A stretch of DNA of 64,000 nt from Candidatus Hydrogenedentota bacterium (GTDB lineage Bacteria; Hydrogenedentota; Hydrogenedentia; Hydrogenedentales; SLHB01). The stretch lies in the NCBI GenBank assembly GCA_045863335.1, contig BTVY01000011.1, positions 1 to 64,000 of the forward strand, given 5' to 3'. The notes beneath the pieces are model-generated. The model saw only the letters and a program-made list of their open reading frames with translations. It searched no databases and was not told the DNA's origin. This document shows positions 1 through 9,633 of the stretch, one piece after another; the stretch's first letter is position 1; each line of letters opens with the position of its first letter. The position numbers and the translations under genes were made by a program.

Positions 1-52
1 TACGGTGGTGTGAGAGGACGGGGGAGGAACTATCCTCCCCCTCCTACTCGAT
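1..52 (+). mobile_element. 3' end of a group II intron, class IIC-like (3' strand of domain V plus domain VI); rest of intron lies upstream of the window
   Basis: TACGGTGGTGTGAGAGGACGGGGG...CCCCCTCCTACTCGAT matches the recalled IIC 3' end. DVI folds GAG12-14/CTC47-49, AGGA15-18/TCCT42-45, G20-24/C37-41, AGGA25-28/TCCT33-36, leaving bulged A46 seven nt from the terminal AT. Confidence 0.88.
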
Positions 53-61
53 TGCTGCAAC

Positions 62-182
62 TGGGAGCGCCATGCTCCAGCATGGCGACTTCGGAGCGTG
101 CGCGCCGCGTCGTACAGAATACTCGTTGGTTCGGGGTCGTTGTCCGCTCCGAAACTCGCCGGGCTGGTGCCCAGCGTTTCCA
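62..182. repeat. REP doublet / REPIN-like palindrome (TGGGAGCGCC type)
   Basis: TGGGAGCGCCATGCTCCAGCATGGCG (62-87) and inverted degenerate copy CGCCGGGCTGGTGCCCAGCGTTTCCA (157-182); inner IR TTCGGAGCG (90-98)/CGCTCCGAA (145-153). Confidence 0.7.
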
Positions 183-200
183 ATGGGTCTTCCCGGACGG

Positions 201-2231
201 CTACTGCTCCGGCTCAATTACCATCGTGCATGTCGTGCTTGCTGGAAGCGTGAAGGACGCAGTCGAACCGGAGCCTGTCACATCGATCGTCGATTCGAAG
301 GCTGCCCTTTCGTCTGGGGAAGCAATCCGCATCGAGTAGGTGCCCGGCTTGAGCAGGTAAAATTGTGCGGCCATGTCGCGCGGTTCATCACCGAAGTGGT
401 AGAGCATTGCTTCAAACCGATCCGGCTTTGCGTCGGCAACCAGCGCGGCGATTTCGCGCGCCGGGGTGAGCCAACGTACCGCGTTGAAGGGAAACACCTG
501 GGGATGGTCCGGGTCTCCACTGACGGTCGCGTAGAGCAGTGTCGTGTCGGGGGTGTTGATGCCGGGTTTGCCATCGGGAAACATGCCGTTCGAAGCGAAG
601 ATTGCCGGAAACCGCGTCACGCGATCCGTATACCGAACTTCGCTGGTGAAGCCGGGGAAATTGATTTGCAGCGCCGCGGCCGTCTGTTCCAACGCCTTCG
701 TCAGCGCCTCCAGGTCCCCATTGAGACGGTACTTCACGTATGCGCTGCCGCCGCTACGGAGCAATTCGTCGAATTCCTCGTTGCCAGTCAGGAAGCGGTA
801 CTTCGCGAGGACGCCGGTCAGGCTGCCAAGCCGCTCGGCGCACCAGGCTTCACTCCCCGTTGGGATTTCCTCGGGACGGTCCTTGAGAAATCGAAGCCGC
901 GCATCGGCCATGGATCGCAGTGGCTCCAAATACTTGGGATCGCCGGTCATGTGATGTGTCAGCAAGAGCGACTGGGTCATGAGCGACATGGCGCTTGGCC
1001 ACACATATAGGGGGTCGCTGCTGTGGCCCTCCGGGTCCCACCAATTCTCGCCCACGCCGCCGATGCCGCCATCGGGCCAGTGAATTGCACTCGGGATGAT
1101 CCCTGCAGGCTTGCCGCGTTCGGCGCGCGCGGTCGCCTCGACCCACGTGTCCATCCAGGAAGAAAACAACGAACCCAGTTGCTCGTCACCCGTTCGCTGC
1201 CAGAGCAGGAGTGCGGGCTGCACCGCGCGCGGATGGTACACGGTATCGCAGGCGCGTTTCGGCGTCAGGTCGACTTCCTTCGAACTGAAGTAAATGCTTT
1301 TGAATTGAAGCTGACCCCGTTCGTTGACGCCGCTCCAGAGGTTTCGCATCAATTCGGCCAGCCGAAGGGCCTTGTCCCGCCAGACGGGATTATCGGGCTG
1401 CAGTAACATCATGGGCGTCAGTGCGTCTGCCGAGTCCTCAGCCGTGTGCTCCACGTCGTACACGTGACTCGTGTACCCCTCGTTCATGTGCGATTGCGCC
1501 ATCAACGCGCTCGAAAATCTCTCCTGCGCGTCGCCAGTTTTGGGGTCGTCGAACCCGATCAGCACGGGAATCCAGATGCGCCACATCTCGCAATCATCGC
1601 CCCAGCCGCCGCCGTACTGGCCGTCCGGCCGTAAGCGATGGTCGACCCACCAGTGGAGGATGTCAGTCATGCGTTCGAGGCTTTCGCGCTGGGCGTTTGC
1701 CCAGGCGGGCGCATCGGGATCGGGTTCATACACGGGCTCCGCGGGGATGGGCGTGCCGAGGTACATCTTGATCAAGGGGTTGTCGGGGAACTGCTGCGAC
1801 AGAGATTCGAATAGAGGCCGTATTTTGTCGAACTGTTTTCGCTTCGACTCCGCGTTGCTCCACAGCCCTCCAAATTCCAGCGTGACCCAGGTCAGCATAC
1901 GCGCGCGGTAGAGTTCCGTGATGGGGAAGAGCGGCGAGTCTTCGGCGATGCCGAAATCGTACTGGTCTGTTTTCAGGATGCTGCTGCCAAAATACTCCAG
2001 GCGCGGGTCATTCATCCAGCGGTCCACTTCGACTATTAGCCGGTCCACGTCTTGCGCCAGTCCGGCTTCGAGGTCCTCGCGAACGCGAAGCTCCTTCAAG
2101 ATCGCCAGGCGCACGTCGTCGGTGGCGGCGTTGCCTGCTCGCGCGATCAATTCGTCGATGGGCGCGGCTTCTGTAGCCATGACAGAAAATGCCGTGAGAA
2201 CAATCAGCGTCAATCGTGTGCGCAGGGTCAT
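201..2231 (-). CDS. Secreted protein of unknown function, possibly an alpha/alpha-barrel carbohydrate-active enzyme
   Basis: Long ORF (alternative start 2249); Sec signal MTLRTRLTLIVLTAFSVMATEA; acidic/aromatic motifs GQYGGGWGDDCEM and DVEHTAED; fold is inference. Confidence 0.7.
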   Translation of the reverse strand: MTLRTRLTLIVLTAFSVMATEAAPIDELIARAGNAATDDVRLAILKELRVREDLEAGLAQDVDRLIVEVDRWMNDPRLEYFGSSILKTDQYDFGIAEDSPLFPITELYRARMLTWVTLEFGGLWSNAESKRKQFDKIRPLFESLSQQFPDNPLIKMYLGTPIPAEPVYEPDPDAPAWANAQRESLERMTDILHWWVDHRLRPDGQYGGGWGDDCEMWRIWIPVLIGFDDPKTGDAQERFSSALMAQSHMNEGYTSHVYDVEHTAEDSADALTPMMLLQPDNPVWRDKALRLAELMRNLWSGVNERGQLQFKSIYFSSKEVDLTPKRACDTVYHPRAVQPALLLWQRTGDEQLGSLFSSWMDTWVEATARAERGKPAGIIPSAIHWPDGGIGGVGENWWDPEGHSSDPLYVWPSAMSLMTQSLLLTHHMTGDPKYLEPLRSMADARLRFLKDRPEEIPTGSEAWCAERLGSLTGVLAKYRFLTGNEEFDELLRSGGSAYVKYRLNGDLEALTKALEQTAAALQINFPGFTSEVRYTDRVTRFPAIFASNGMFPDGKPGINTPDTTLLYATVSGDPDHPQVFPFNAVRWLTPAREIAALVADAKPDRFEAMLYHFGDEPRDMAAQFYLLKPGTYSMRIASPDERAAFESTIDVTGSGSTASFTLPASTTCTMVIEPEQ

Positions 2232-2303
2232 GCCCTTGTTCCTCTCCATTCATATGTATGCCCCGAGTAAAGGACAGTGCCAGAGGACACGAGGACGCCG
2301 CAA

Positions 2304-2381
2304 ATCGGAATCGAGATCGGGTTCGGGATCGAAATCGGGATCGCAAGCGCGTTGCAGATTCCGATTCCAATCCCGAATCCG
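2304..2381. repeat. Inverted hexamer tandem repeats forming a hairpin
   Basis: About 6 ATCGRR-like units (ATCGGA ATCGAG ATCGGG TTCGGG ATCGAA ATCGGG) followed by inverted GATTCC GATTCC AATCCC GAATCC. Confidence 0.75.
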
Positions 2382-2500
2382 GCAATGACCAAAACCGATG
2401 GTATTGCACAAAACGCTGCAAGCCCTTGGACGGGAGGCTCTCGCACTCTCGCGAGTTCCGGATGCAGGCGAGACCCGGCGCCTCTGATTCCCGGACGGCG

Positions 2501-2683
2501 CTACTCCTCGATCCGCAGCGCTCCCGAGGGGCAGCGCGACACCGCGTCGCGGATGGCCTCTTCCGACGCGCCCGACGTATCGATCACGAGCTTGTCGTCT
2601 TCAAACCGGAACACCTTGGGAAGCAGGCTGCAACAGTCGCCGCTCTCAAAACACGTGTCCTCATCCCACACAACGTTTACCAT
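2501..2683 (-). CDS. Small divergent mono-cluster ferredoxin (YjdI/Fer4_19-like), 60 aa
   Basis: MVNVVWDEDTCFESGDCC..LPKVF..CPSGAL; AAGGAGG RBS before ATG 2683. Confidence 0.8.
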   Translation of the reverse strand: MVNVVWDEDTCFESGDCCSLLPKVFRFEDDKLVIDTSGASEEAIRDAVSRCPSGALRIEE

Positions 2684-2847
2684 CTCGCCTCCTTGTGGAT
2701 TTCCCAACCATCCGATTGGCACGGGAATTCTGCTATGCTCTTGCCCAGGTTGTGACGCTTGCGCCTTGGCGGATCGGGAGTTGCCCCGCATGCGCCATTT
2801 GGCCGATGCTCCATCATACTACGAATTGTTCTGGGGCGAAGGAAACA

Positions 2848-4437
2848 ATGAAGACACGACAACTGGGCGCTGTACGCGCCGCACTTCTCATGCTGCCGTT
2901 GATCCTTTCGTTGGCGATCGCCGGATGTCCGCAACCGGCCTCCGATCCGATTCCGGCGGGCGAGGGCGGCGTCCATTGGCTCCGCATCGCGCACATCTCC
3001 GACACGCAAATCGTCGACGAGGAAAGCCCCAATCGAGCCCTCCGGTTTGCCGCACTGACCGAATACGCGTGGCGTCCCCAGGAGGCCTACGGGCTGCAAA
3101 CGCTGGACGCCACCTTGGGTGTGATTAATGATATCCATACCGTCAAGAGCGCGCCCACCCATTCCATCGATTTCGTTCTCGCCACGGGCGATTTGACGGA
3201 CGGCTCCCAGCACAACGAACTGCGCTGGTTCATCGATACCATGGACGGGCAATGGGTCGTGCCGGACTCGGGCGAACCGGACGGCGAACTCCGCATGCAA
3301 GCGCCGGAAGATAATCCCAAACTTGGTTTTCAGGCGGAGGGTCTCGACCCTGGCATTCCGTGGTACACCGTGTTCGGCAATCATGACAGCCTGTCCTTCG
3401 GCGTGTTCAACGTGGATCGAAGCAGCGCCGATCCGCAGGAGTGGACCGCGCCCCTGCTGCGGCCCGTCGCCGCGCTCGCGGGGCTGCATCTCCTCGATCC
3501 GAGCTTGAACGCCCTGGAACCGACGAGCCGGTACAGCCCCGCAATCGTTCGCGGCAGTGAGGAGCAGATCGACCTGGTAACGCTGCAACTGCTGTTGGGA
3601 GACCTTCAAGCGGGCCGCATCGTGCAAGATCCAAACCGGCACTTCACCAATCGGATTGCTTTCATCGAGGAACACTTCGATACGACTACGCTGCCCGAGG
3701 GCCACGGTTTCTCCGAAGAGAACGTGGACACGGGTCTCACGCGGTATTCAGTTCATCCCAAAGATGGGGTGCCGGTCCGCTTGGTCGTCATGGATACCGT
3801 CGCTCCCGATCCGCCCTACGGCTTGCCCGCCCACTATGGCGTCATGACGCGCGAACAGTTTGATAACTTCGTGAAGCCGGAAATCGAAGCCGCGCAGGAG
3901 GCGGGCGAGTTCGTGCTGCTGGCCTCCCATCATCCCTCGGAAGATTTCGAATTGCCCTATCCGCAGCCCCAGGTGCGCACCCGGGAGTGGCGCGACTACG
4001 TCGCGAGCCAGCCCAACATCGTCGCGCACCTGTGCGGGCATTCGCACAAGAACTTCGTTACGCACGTGGACGGCGATTACCCTTACTACGAGATTCAGAC
4101 CGGTTCCATCATCGACTACCCGCAAGAAGGCCGAATCATCGACGTGTTCTACGATGAAAGCACAGAAACGGTCCGCCTGGAAAGCACCATGTTCAGTCAC
4201 ATGGATGATCCGACACCGCTTTCCGAAGAGTCATACCGGCGGACGATCATTTACCGGGAAAATTTCAAGCGAATGGAGACGAAAGCCGCAGCGGAATCCG
4301 AGATAAAGAAACTCTCCCTGGAGTCCGGCATGGCGCCGGTGGACTTCTTCCCGCCCCTCCCGACGATGGAGGAATCGTACGGGGCGGATGCGCATCGGGA
4401 GTTTGCGGTCACGTTTCCACGGTCGAGCACGCGCTAA
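2848..4437 (+). CDS. Calcineurin-like metallophosphoesterase lipoprotein
   Basis: Lipobox LAIAGC; motifs HISDTQIVDEESP, TGDLTD, GNHD, SHH, GHSH. Confidence 0.85.
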   Translation: MKTRQLGAVRAALLMLPLILSLAIAGCPQPASDPIPAGEGGVHWLRIAHISDTQIVDEESPNRALRFAALTEYAWRPQEAYGLQTLDATLGVINDIHTVKSAPTHSIDFVLATGDLTDGSQHNELRWFIDTMDGQWVVPDSGEPDGELRMQAPEDNPKLGFQAEGLDPGIPWYTVFGNHDSLSFGVFNVDRSSADPQEWTAPLLRPVAALAGLHLLDPSLNALEPTSRYSPAIVRGSEEQIDLVTLQLLLGDLQAGRIVQDPNRHFTNRIAFIEEHFDTTTLPEGHGFSEENVDTGLTRYSVHPKDGVPVRLVVMDTVAPDPPYGLPAHYGVMTREQFDNFVKPEIEAAQEAGEFVLLASHHPSEDFELPYPQPQVRTREWRDYVASQPNIVAHLCGHSHKNFVTHVDGDYPYYEIQTGSIIDYPQEGRIIDVFYDESTETVRLESTMFSHMDDPTPLSEESYRRTIIYRENFKRMETKAAAESEIKKLSLESGMAPVDFFPPLPTMEESYGADAHREFAVTFPRSSTR

Positions 4438-4455
4438 CAAAATATCGGGGGAGAT

Positions 4456-5307
4456 ATGACGCGAACGGTACTATTGATTCAATGCCCGGACAAGAAGGGC
4501 ATCGTGGCGCGGGTGTCGGACTTCATCTTCCGGCACGAATGCAACATTCTTACTTCGGACCAACATACCACCGACCCCGAGGGGGGCCGGTATTTCATGC
4601 GGATTGTATTTGCCCTCGAGGAGGACAAAGTCAGCCGCGAGTCCTTCGAGCAGGACTGGGGCCGCGTGGCCGAGGAACTTGGCGCGAAGTGGTCCATCCA
4701 CTACGCGACGGAAACGCCACGTGTGGGGATCCTGGTATCCAAGCAAGACCATTGTCTGTTCGACCTGCTCTACCGGCACCGGAGCGGCGAATTCAACGTC
4801 CAGATCCCGCTCGTCATCAGCAACCACGAAGACTGCCGGGACCTGGTCGACCGCTACGGCATTCCTTTTCACTATGTCCCGGTAACGCCGGAAACGAAAC
4901 TCAAGGCCGAACAGCAGGTGCTGGACTTGGTGCACGACACGACCGATTTTCTGGTGCTCGCGCGTTACATGCGGATCTTGTCGGACGGCTTCCTCGCGGC
5001 CTACAAGAAAGACATCCTAAACATTCACCACAGCTTCCTGCCGTCTTTCAAAGGGGCAGATCCCTACCGGCAGGCTTACGACCGGGGTGTAAAGATCATC
5101 GGCGCCACGGCGCACTTCGTCACGCCGGCGCTGGACGAAGGCCCCATCATCGAACAGATGGTAGAGCGCGTCTACTACAAAGACACCGTCGACGACCTGA
5201 AACGCAAAGGCCGCAACCTGGAAAAGCTGGCATTGGCCAATGCGATTCACGCCTATCTCGATCATCGGATCATTCGCGACGCGCAGCGCACGATCGTGTT
5301 TCAGTGA
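4456..5307 (+). CDS. purU: Formyltetrahydrofolate deformylase
   Basis: N-terminal ACT domain (CPDKKGIVA); VSKQDHCL, VLARYM, NIHHSFLPSFKGA, GVKIIGATAHFV, LDEGPII. Confidence 0.95.
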   Translation: MTRTVLLIQCPDKKGIVARVSDFIFRHECNILTSDQHTTDPEGGRYFMRIVFALEEDKVSRESFEQDWGRVAEELGAKWSIHYATETPRVGILVSKQDHCLFDLLYRHRSGEFNVQIPLVISNHEDCRDLVDRYGIPFHYVPVTPETKLKAEQQVLDLVHDTTDFLVLARYMRILSDGFLAAYKKDILNIHHSFLPSFKGADPYRQAYDRGVKIIGATAHFVTPALDEGPIIEQMVERVYYKDTVDDLKRKGRNLEKLALANAIHAYLDHRIIRDAQRTIVFQ

Positions 5308-6326
5308 TCCTGACTGTGCTGCTGCATGCGCCGCTGTGTCACCAGCGATACGGCTACCAGCGCGACGGCCAGAAGCACTGCTGCCACTGGCGACAGCGGT
5401 AGGTCGGCTGACGTATAGGATGCCGCCGCGACGAAAGCCCCAAGAGTGCCCGAAACAAACGAAGTGAACGTAGAGAAGTTCTCATTCGTGATGACCACTC
5501 CGCTGCCGAAGTCGCCGACCACGACGGTGCCCGAATTGGAGACATCGACATCCATCAGCGAGTCCGATTGGGCGTGGCCCAACGCGAACAGGTCGACCGA
5601 CAAGAGACTGTTCCCGCTGGTATCGGTCTTGTAAAGATTGCCGTTCCAGTCCACGGCGAACATCTGCCCGGCCGCGTTTGCTGCAATCGAACGGATATCG
5701 CCGGTGCCAATCCCGAGGGCGGTGGCCAAATCGATACTCTGTTGGAATACCAAAGTGTCGGGATCGTAGATGTGGACCGTGCCATTCTCAAGCGCGTACA
5801 CCATCCCATTCAATCCGATGTTGACGTCTGAGGGTTCAATGGAGGTCGCGAACCGGACCGGACCGCCCCCAGTCGTATCAAAGCGAATAATCCCCTCTTC
5901 GGGATCGCCGGAGGTTGCCATGTCTGTTACAAACACGTACTGCCCATACACCGCGGCGCCGCCAAATGAAACGTTGTTGACCGTGCTCCATCCGGCCATC
6001 GTCTGATGGGTCCACGTCGAGTCGGTCGAATCCAGTGTGCTTAGGTAAGGGTCGAAGGTTCCGTTGAACACGTGAACGTCAGTATGCCCCAGTTTCACCG
6101 CAAGGTCGCGGGCGCCTTCATTGCCGGGGTACGGACTGATGCCATACTCCACTGGAAAGCTCTGGACCAACACCCCGCCCGGCGTATATTCATGCACCAC
6201 GCTGCTGTCGATAATCCCATCCACGGAAACGAGAATATTTCCCGGAGTAACCGGCGCCGCCTGACTTCCCAGGACGAGACCAACACATGCCAACGTTGCA
6301 CAACTCACAAACTGCCCTGCTTTCAT
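5301..6326 (-). CDS. Secreted beta-propeller-like surface protein with C-terminal sorting-like tail
   Basis: Signal peptide MKAGQF..GSQA; beta-rich repeats; C-terminus ADLPLSPVAAVLLAVALVAVSLVTQRR (Pro motif, TM helix, basic tail). Confidence 0.75.
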   Translation of the reverse strand: MKAGQFVSCATLACVGLVLGSQAAPVTPGNILVSVDGIIDSSVVHEYTPGGVLVQSFPVEYGISPYPGNEGARDLAVKLGHTDVHVFNGTFDPYLSTLDSTDSTWTHQTMAGWSTVNNVSFGGAAVYGQYVFVTDMATSGDPEEGIIRFDTTGGGPVRFATSIEPSDVNIGLNGMVYALENGTVHIYDPDTLVFQQSIDLATALGIGTGDIRSIAANAAGQMFAVDWNGNLYKTDTSGNSLLSVDLFALGHAQSDSLMDVDVSNSGTVVVGDFGSGVVITNENFSTFTSFVSGTLGAFVAAASYTSADLPLSPVAAVLLAVALVAVSLVTQRRMQQHSQDH

Positions 6327-6475
6327 AACCACTTCACCTTTCCCGATTGGACGCGAAGAGACAGGGGTGTCCCTCTTGCAGTCGCATTCGTTCTTGCTTT
6401 GCCCCAAAGTCACAGCCATTGACCGAGGGCAGTCTACACCAGGTTGGCAATATATACAAGGTGTTAAAGATGTGA

Positions 6476-8158
6476 TTAGTGACCGCGCAGCACGAGCACC
6501 CAGTCATGTACCTCCGGCGGGTACGGCGGGGTCCACGTGCGGTCCGCGGCGGGTTCTACGGGGCCCATGGGCGTCTCCTCGCCGGTGACGGGGTCGAACC
6601 AGGATGCGACGTAGTTCACGTCTGGCTCCAACTCGCGGATGCGCGGCGGATTCCAGCAATGGGGTGAGTAGACCAAGCGAAGTTTTCCCGGAATTCCCGC
6701 TGCAACGGGATCGTAGGCGCCATCGCCGGGCTTATCGATCCATTCCGGGTGAAGCTCGAACTCCCACCAGGGGAACTGCCGGAAGAATCTCCCGCCGATG
6801 CCAACCTGCCGTGACCCCGGTAACTGCGCGGCTTTGCGCCAGGGCGTGCTGCCCCAGGATCGGCCGTGGGGCGAGGGTCCGTAGGGCTTTTCTTCCGTGT
6901 TGAGCTGCCAGATGCCGTTCGCGCCGTAGGTGAACCCGGCCGCGCCGTTCATCATGGTGTGGTAGAAATCGAGGCGCTGAATGTTCTGCCAACTCCGGCC
7001 CATGATGCCTTCGTAGTTCACTTCGGAATTGATGATGGGCATCTTCGGTTCCGCATGGACAGACTGGCGCACCGACTTGATCACATTGGGCACGCTGTCG
7101 ATGTCGCCGTGGCCGGTTTGCAGCATCTCGAAGTCCATCAGGCTCGGGTCTTCGACTTGCTCGCGTCCGTAATGAGTCGGGTGGATGGTGATGAGATTGT
7201 TGAACCCGTCCGTCTGGCCCACGTACGCCATGACGCCGGTCCAGCCGTCCTTCTGCATGGCGGAATCGGCCTCGCGGTTGGGGCTCAGGTAATACGCCAT
7301 GGCGCCTTCCCCGCAGAGGCACCACGTGACGGGATAGGCCCCGTAGCGTGCGATGAGATAGCGCCAGAACCGTTTGACCTTCTCCACACCGAGTTGCGGC
7401 AGGTAGTAGCCCCACATTCCCACGATGCACGGCATGAGGCCCGAATCGACCAGGTGCTGAATCTTGCGGTCCGCATACTGGTAGTACTCGGGGTTGATTC
7501 GCTCGAAGTTGTCAGTGAAGGGGAAACCCGCTTCGTTCTTTCCGCGCGGATCCCACGCGTCCATATCCGGGTAGGGTCCCGCGATAATCTGAATGACCGA
7601 AAATCCCTTCTCGACGCGATCCGCCGCAAGCCACTGAAACCCCTCCGGCCAGTCCAGCCGCGTGCAGAGTCCCATCCACCACGTGTCGCCGACCCAGAGA
7701 AACGGGGTGCCGTCGGCTTGTACGAAGTGATGCTTGTCCTCCGCCACACGGAGTCGTCCATGCTTGTAGAGCGGATTGCCGTCTTCCGCGGGGGTGACGC
7801 GGACCACGGTGCGTTGCGCATTCAGCCCGGCATCGTCGAGGCGATTGCAGCGGCTCTCGAGGTGGTATTCGCCGGGCTGATCGCCTGCAAATCGATAGCG
7901 CCACGTGCTGCCGCCGTCCCAGAAGGCGGGTGCCGAAAAAGTGGACCCATCGGGCCGCGTACAAGTCACGTCCACGTCCACGTCGTTGTAGCCGTCGGGA
8001 TAGTGGACGATGGACTCCCATTCGATCTCAATGACCCGATACTGCGGCACCGTCAGCGTGTCGGATTGCTGCGCGCGAGACGCGGCCGCCCCTGCCACGA
8101 TAGCAGCGGCCGCGCCAGAATGTTTAAGGAAGGTCCGTCGTGTCAGGTCGCCGTTCAT
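6476..8158 (-). CDS. Tat-exported DUF5060/DUF4038-type putative glycoside hydrolase (apiosidase-like)
   Basis: Tat motif TRRTFLK; FWDGG..WRYRF, DGTPFLWVGDTWW, LQTGHG, SEVNYEG, GFTYGANGIWQ; ATGA overlap with upstream gene. Confidence 0.8.
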   Translation of the reverse strand: MNGDLTRRTFLKHSGAAAAIVAGAAASRAQQSDTLTVPQYRVIEIEWESIVHYPDGYNDVDVDVTCTRPDGSTFSAPAFWDGGSTWRYRFAGDQPGEYHLESRCNRLDDAGLNAQRTVVRVTPAEDGNPLYKHGRLRVAEDKHHFVQADGTPFLWVGDTWWMGLCTRLDWPEGFQWLAADRVEKGFSVIQIIAGPYPDMDAWDPRGKNEAGFPFTDNFERINPEYYQYADRKIQHLVDSGLMPCIVGMWGYYLPQLGVEKVKRFWRYLIARYGAYPVTWCLCGEGAMAYYLSPNREADSAMQKDGWTGVMAYVGQTDGFNNLITIHPTHYGREQVEDPSLMDFEMLQTGHGDIDSVPNVIKSVRQSVHAEPKMPIINSEVNYEGIMGRSWQNIQRLDFYHTMMNGAAGFTYGANGIWQLNTEEKPYGPSPHGRSWGSTPWRKAAQLPGSRQVGIGGRFFRQFPWWEFELHPEWIDKPGDGAYDPVAAGIPGKLRLVYSPHCWNPPRIRELEPDVNYVASWFDPVTGEETPMGPVEPAADRTWTPPYPPEVHDWVLVLRGH

Positions 8159-9633
8159 CCATACCTCGATCGTGCGAGCGCCGTCCCCACGAGGCGTCCG
8201 CTGGTTATGGCCCACGCAATGTGGAGTCCGTGCCCCCACAGAATCTGCCCGCCGATTCCATTCTGGCCGACCGCGTACAGTCCCGGAATGGGATGGCCCA
8301 CTTCGTCCAACACCTGCAAGTGCCGGTTCACCGCGGGACTGCCTTCGGTAATCGTGAAATACGCCTTCGCGGGACCTAGCAAGACCCAAGGTCCTTCGAG
8401 CGGGTCTTCCGCGTCCTCGTTGAAGTCCTCGACGGTTTGTTCCAAGGCCTCCGCCGGAATGCTACGGGCTTCCGCGACCTCGCACAACGTGTCGCCGCGG
8501 ACGGCAATGTCGGGGCGCAGGCGCAGATAATCGGCTACGTAGGCGTAGGCAATTTCCGGCGCGGTCGAAATGTAGTGAGGCCATTCGCTGTAGTGCATGG
8601 CGAGGCGCGCATCGAGCAGGATGTAGGCAATCTTGCCGGGCTGGTTGGAGACTGCGATTTCGCGTTCAGGCGATTCCATTTCGTCGCAAAATCGCTGTCC
8701 TTCGCGATTGACGAGTATCGCGCCGTCATCGAACAGCGCGTTCTCGGGATGCTGCCACGTAACCAGTTCCCGCTTGATGATGGCGTCCATCACGGGCTTC
8801 GGGGCCAAGGGCATGGCGAGACTCATCACGCGCCGCAAAGGGCCTTCTGCGGGCAGGCGGCGCAGCAGACTCAGTTTTTCCGGCGGCACGAAGCGCAGCT
8901 CCGGACCGTAGGTTACGTCCATGTTGATGAGGTGGGCTCCAACGGATTCGGAGAGACGATGGCCATCGCCGTGCGAGGACTTACACACGCCTTCGACATT
9001 GGCGTATTCTTCGCCCTTGTATTTTGCGAGCAGGTCCGGCGCGCTGGCATAGTCCCCCGCGGCCAGTACAACGCCATGCCGCGCGCGATAGACAATGCCG
9101 TTCGACTCCACCCCAACGACGGAACCCTCTTCCTGCACGAGCTTCGTCACCGGCGCGTTGAACAGGATGCGGCCACGGTGTTTGATGAGGTGCCGTTGCA
9201 GCGTGAGCACGTAGGCTCGCGCGCCGGGCACCACGTTGTGCATGCGCGGAGCGCGGTTCGGCGGTTCCGGCGTGGGTCCATGGAACGAGAGTCCCAGTCG
9301 CATGAGCCATTCGAGCGTGGCCGCGGCTTCACGAACCAGCATGGTGCGAAGTTCGACGTTGTTGCGGGCTTCCAGATCCCGGGGCGCGAACTTGCCGATA
9401 TCCTCCAGGTGGTCGGCGATTGCGTCGGAAACGCCCGCCGCTTTCTGGATGGGGGTTTGGCTGGCCGTAAACGATCCGACCGCGAGCGCTGTGCTTCCGC
9501 CGGGTTCCGCCTGCTTTTCGAGGACCAGTACTTCCGCGCCGAGTTCCGCCGCGCTGGCGGCCGCGGCGAGTCCGCTCCCTCCGGCGCCGACCACGATGAT
9601 GTCGTACGTGGGAATGATCGACTCCTGGCTCAT
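8155..9633 (-). CDS. FAD-dependent oxidoreductase (fumarate reductase flavoprotein / 3-ketosteroid dehydrogenase superfamily)
   Basis: DIIVVGAGGSG, EK..GGST, GVVLAAG, ILVNREGQRF, IPGLYAVG; AAGGAG RBS. Confidence 0.85.
   Translation of the reverse strand: MSQESIIPTYDIIVVGAGGSGLAAAASAAELGAEVLVLEKQAEPGGSTALAVGSFTASQTPIQKAAGVSDAIADHLEDIGKFAPRDLEARNNVELRTMLVREAAATLEWLMRLGLSFHGPTPEPPNRAPRMHNVVPGARAYVLTLQRHLIKHRGRILFNAPVTKLVQEEGSVVGVESNGIVYRARHGVVLAAGDYASAPDLLAKYKGEEYANVEGVCKSSHGDGHRLSESVGAHLINMDVTYGPELRFVPPEKLSLLRRLPAEGPLRRVMSLAMPLAPKPVMDAIIKRELVTWQHPENALFDDGAILVNREGQRFCDEMESPEREIAVSNQPGKIAYILLDARLAMHYSEWPHYISTAPEIAYAYVADYLRLRPDIAVRGDTLCEVAEARSIPAEALEQTVEDFNEDAEDPLEGPWVLLGPAKAYFTITEGSPAVNRHLQVLDEVGHPIPGLYAVGQNGIGGQILWGHGLHIAWAITSGRLVGTALARSRYG

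Noticed and set aside
2716-2734. TTGGCACGGGAATTCTGCT as a second sigma54 promoter
   Set aside because: GG at 2718-2719 but GC at 2732-2733, 2 bp off the strict -24/-12 spacing
6866-8530. Long antisense ORFs (also 27293..28714, 49665..50918, 24086..25255 and others)
   Set aside because: Typical high-GC shadow frames opposite well-supported genes, with no recognisable motifs
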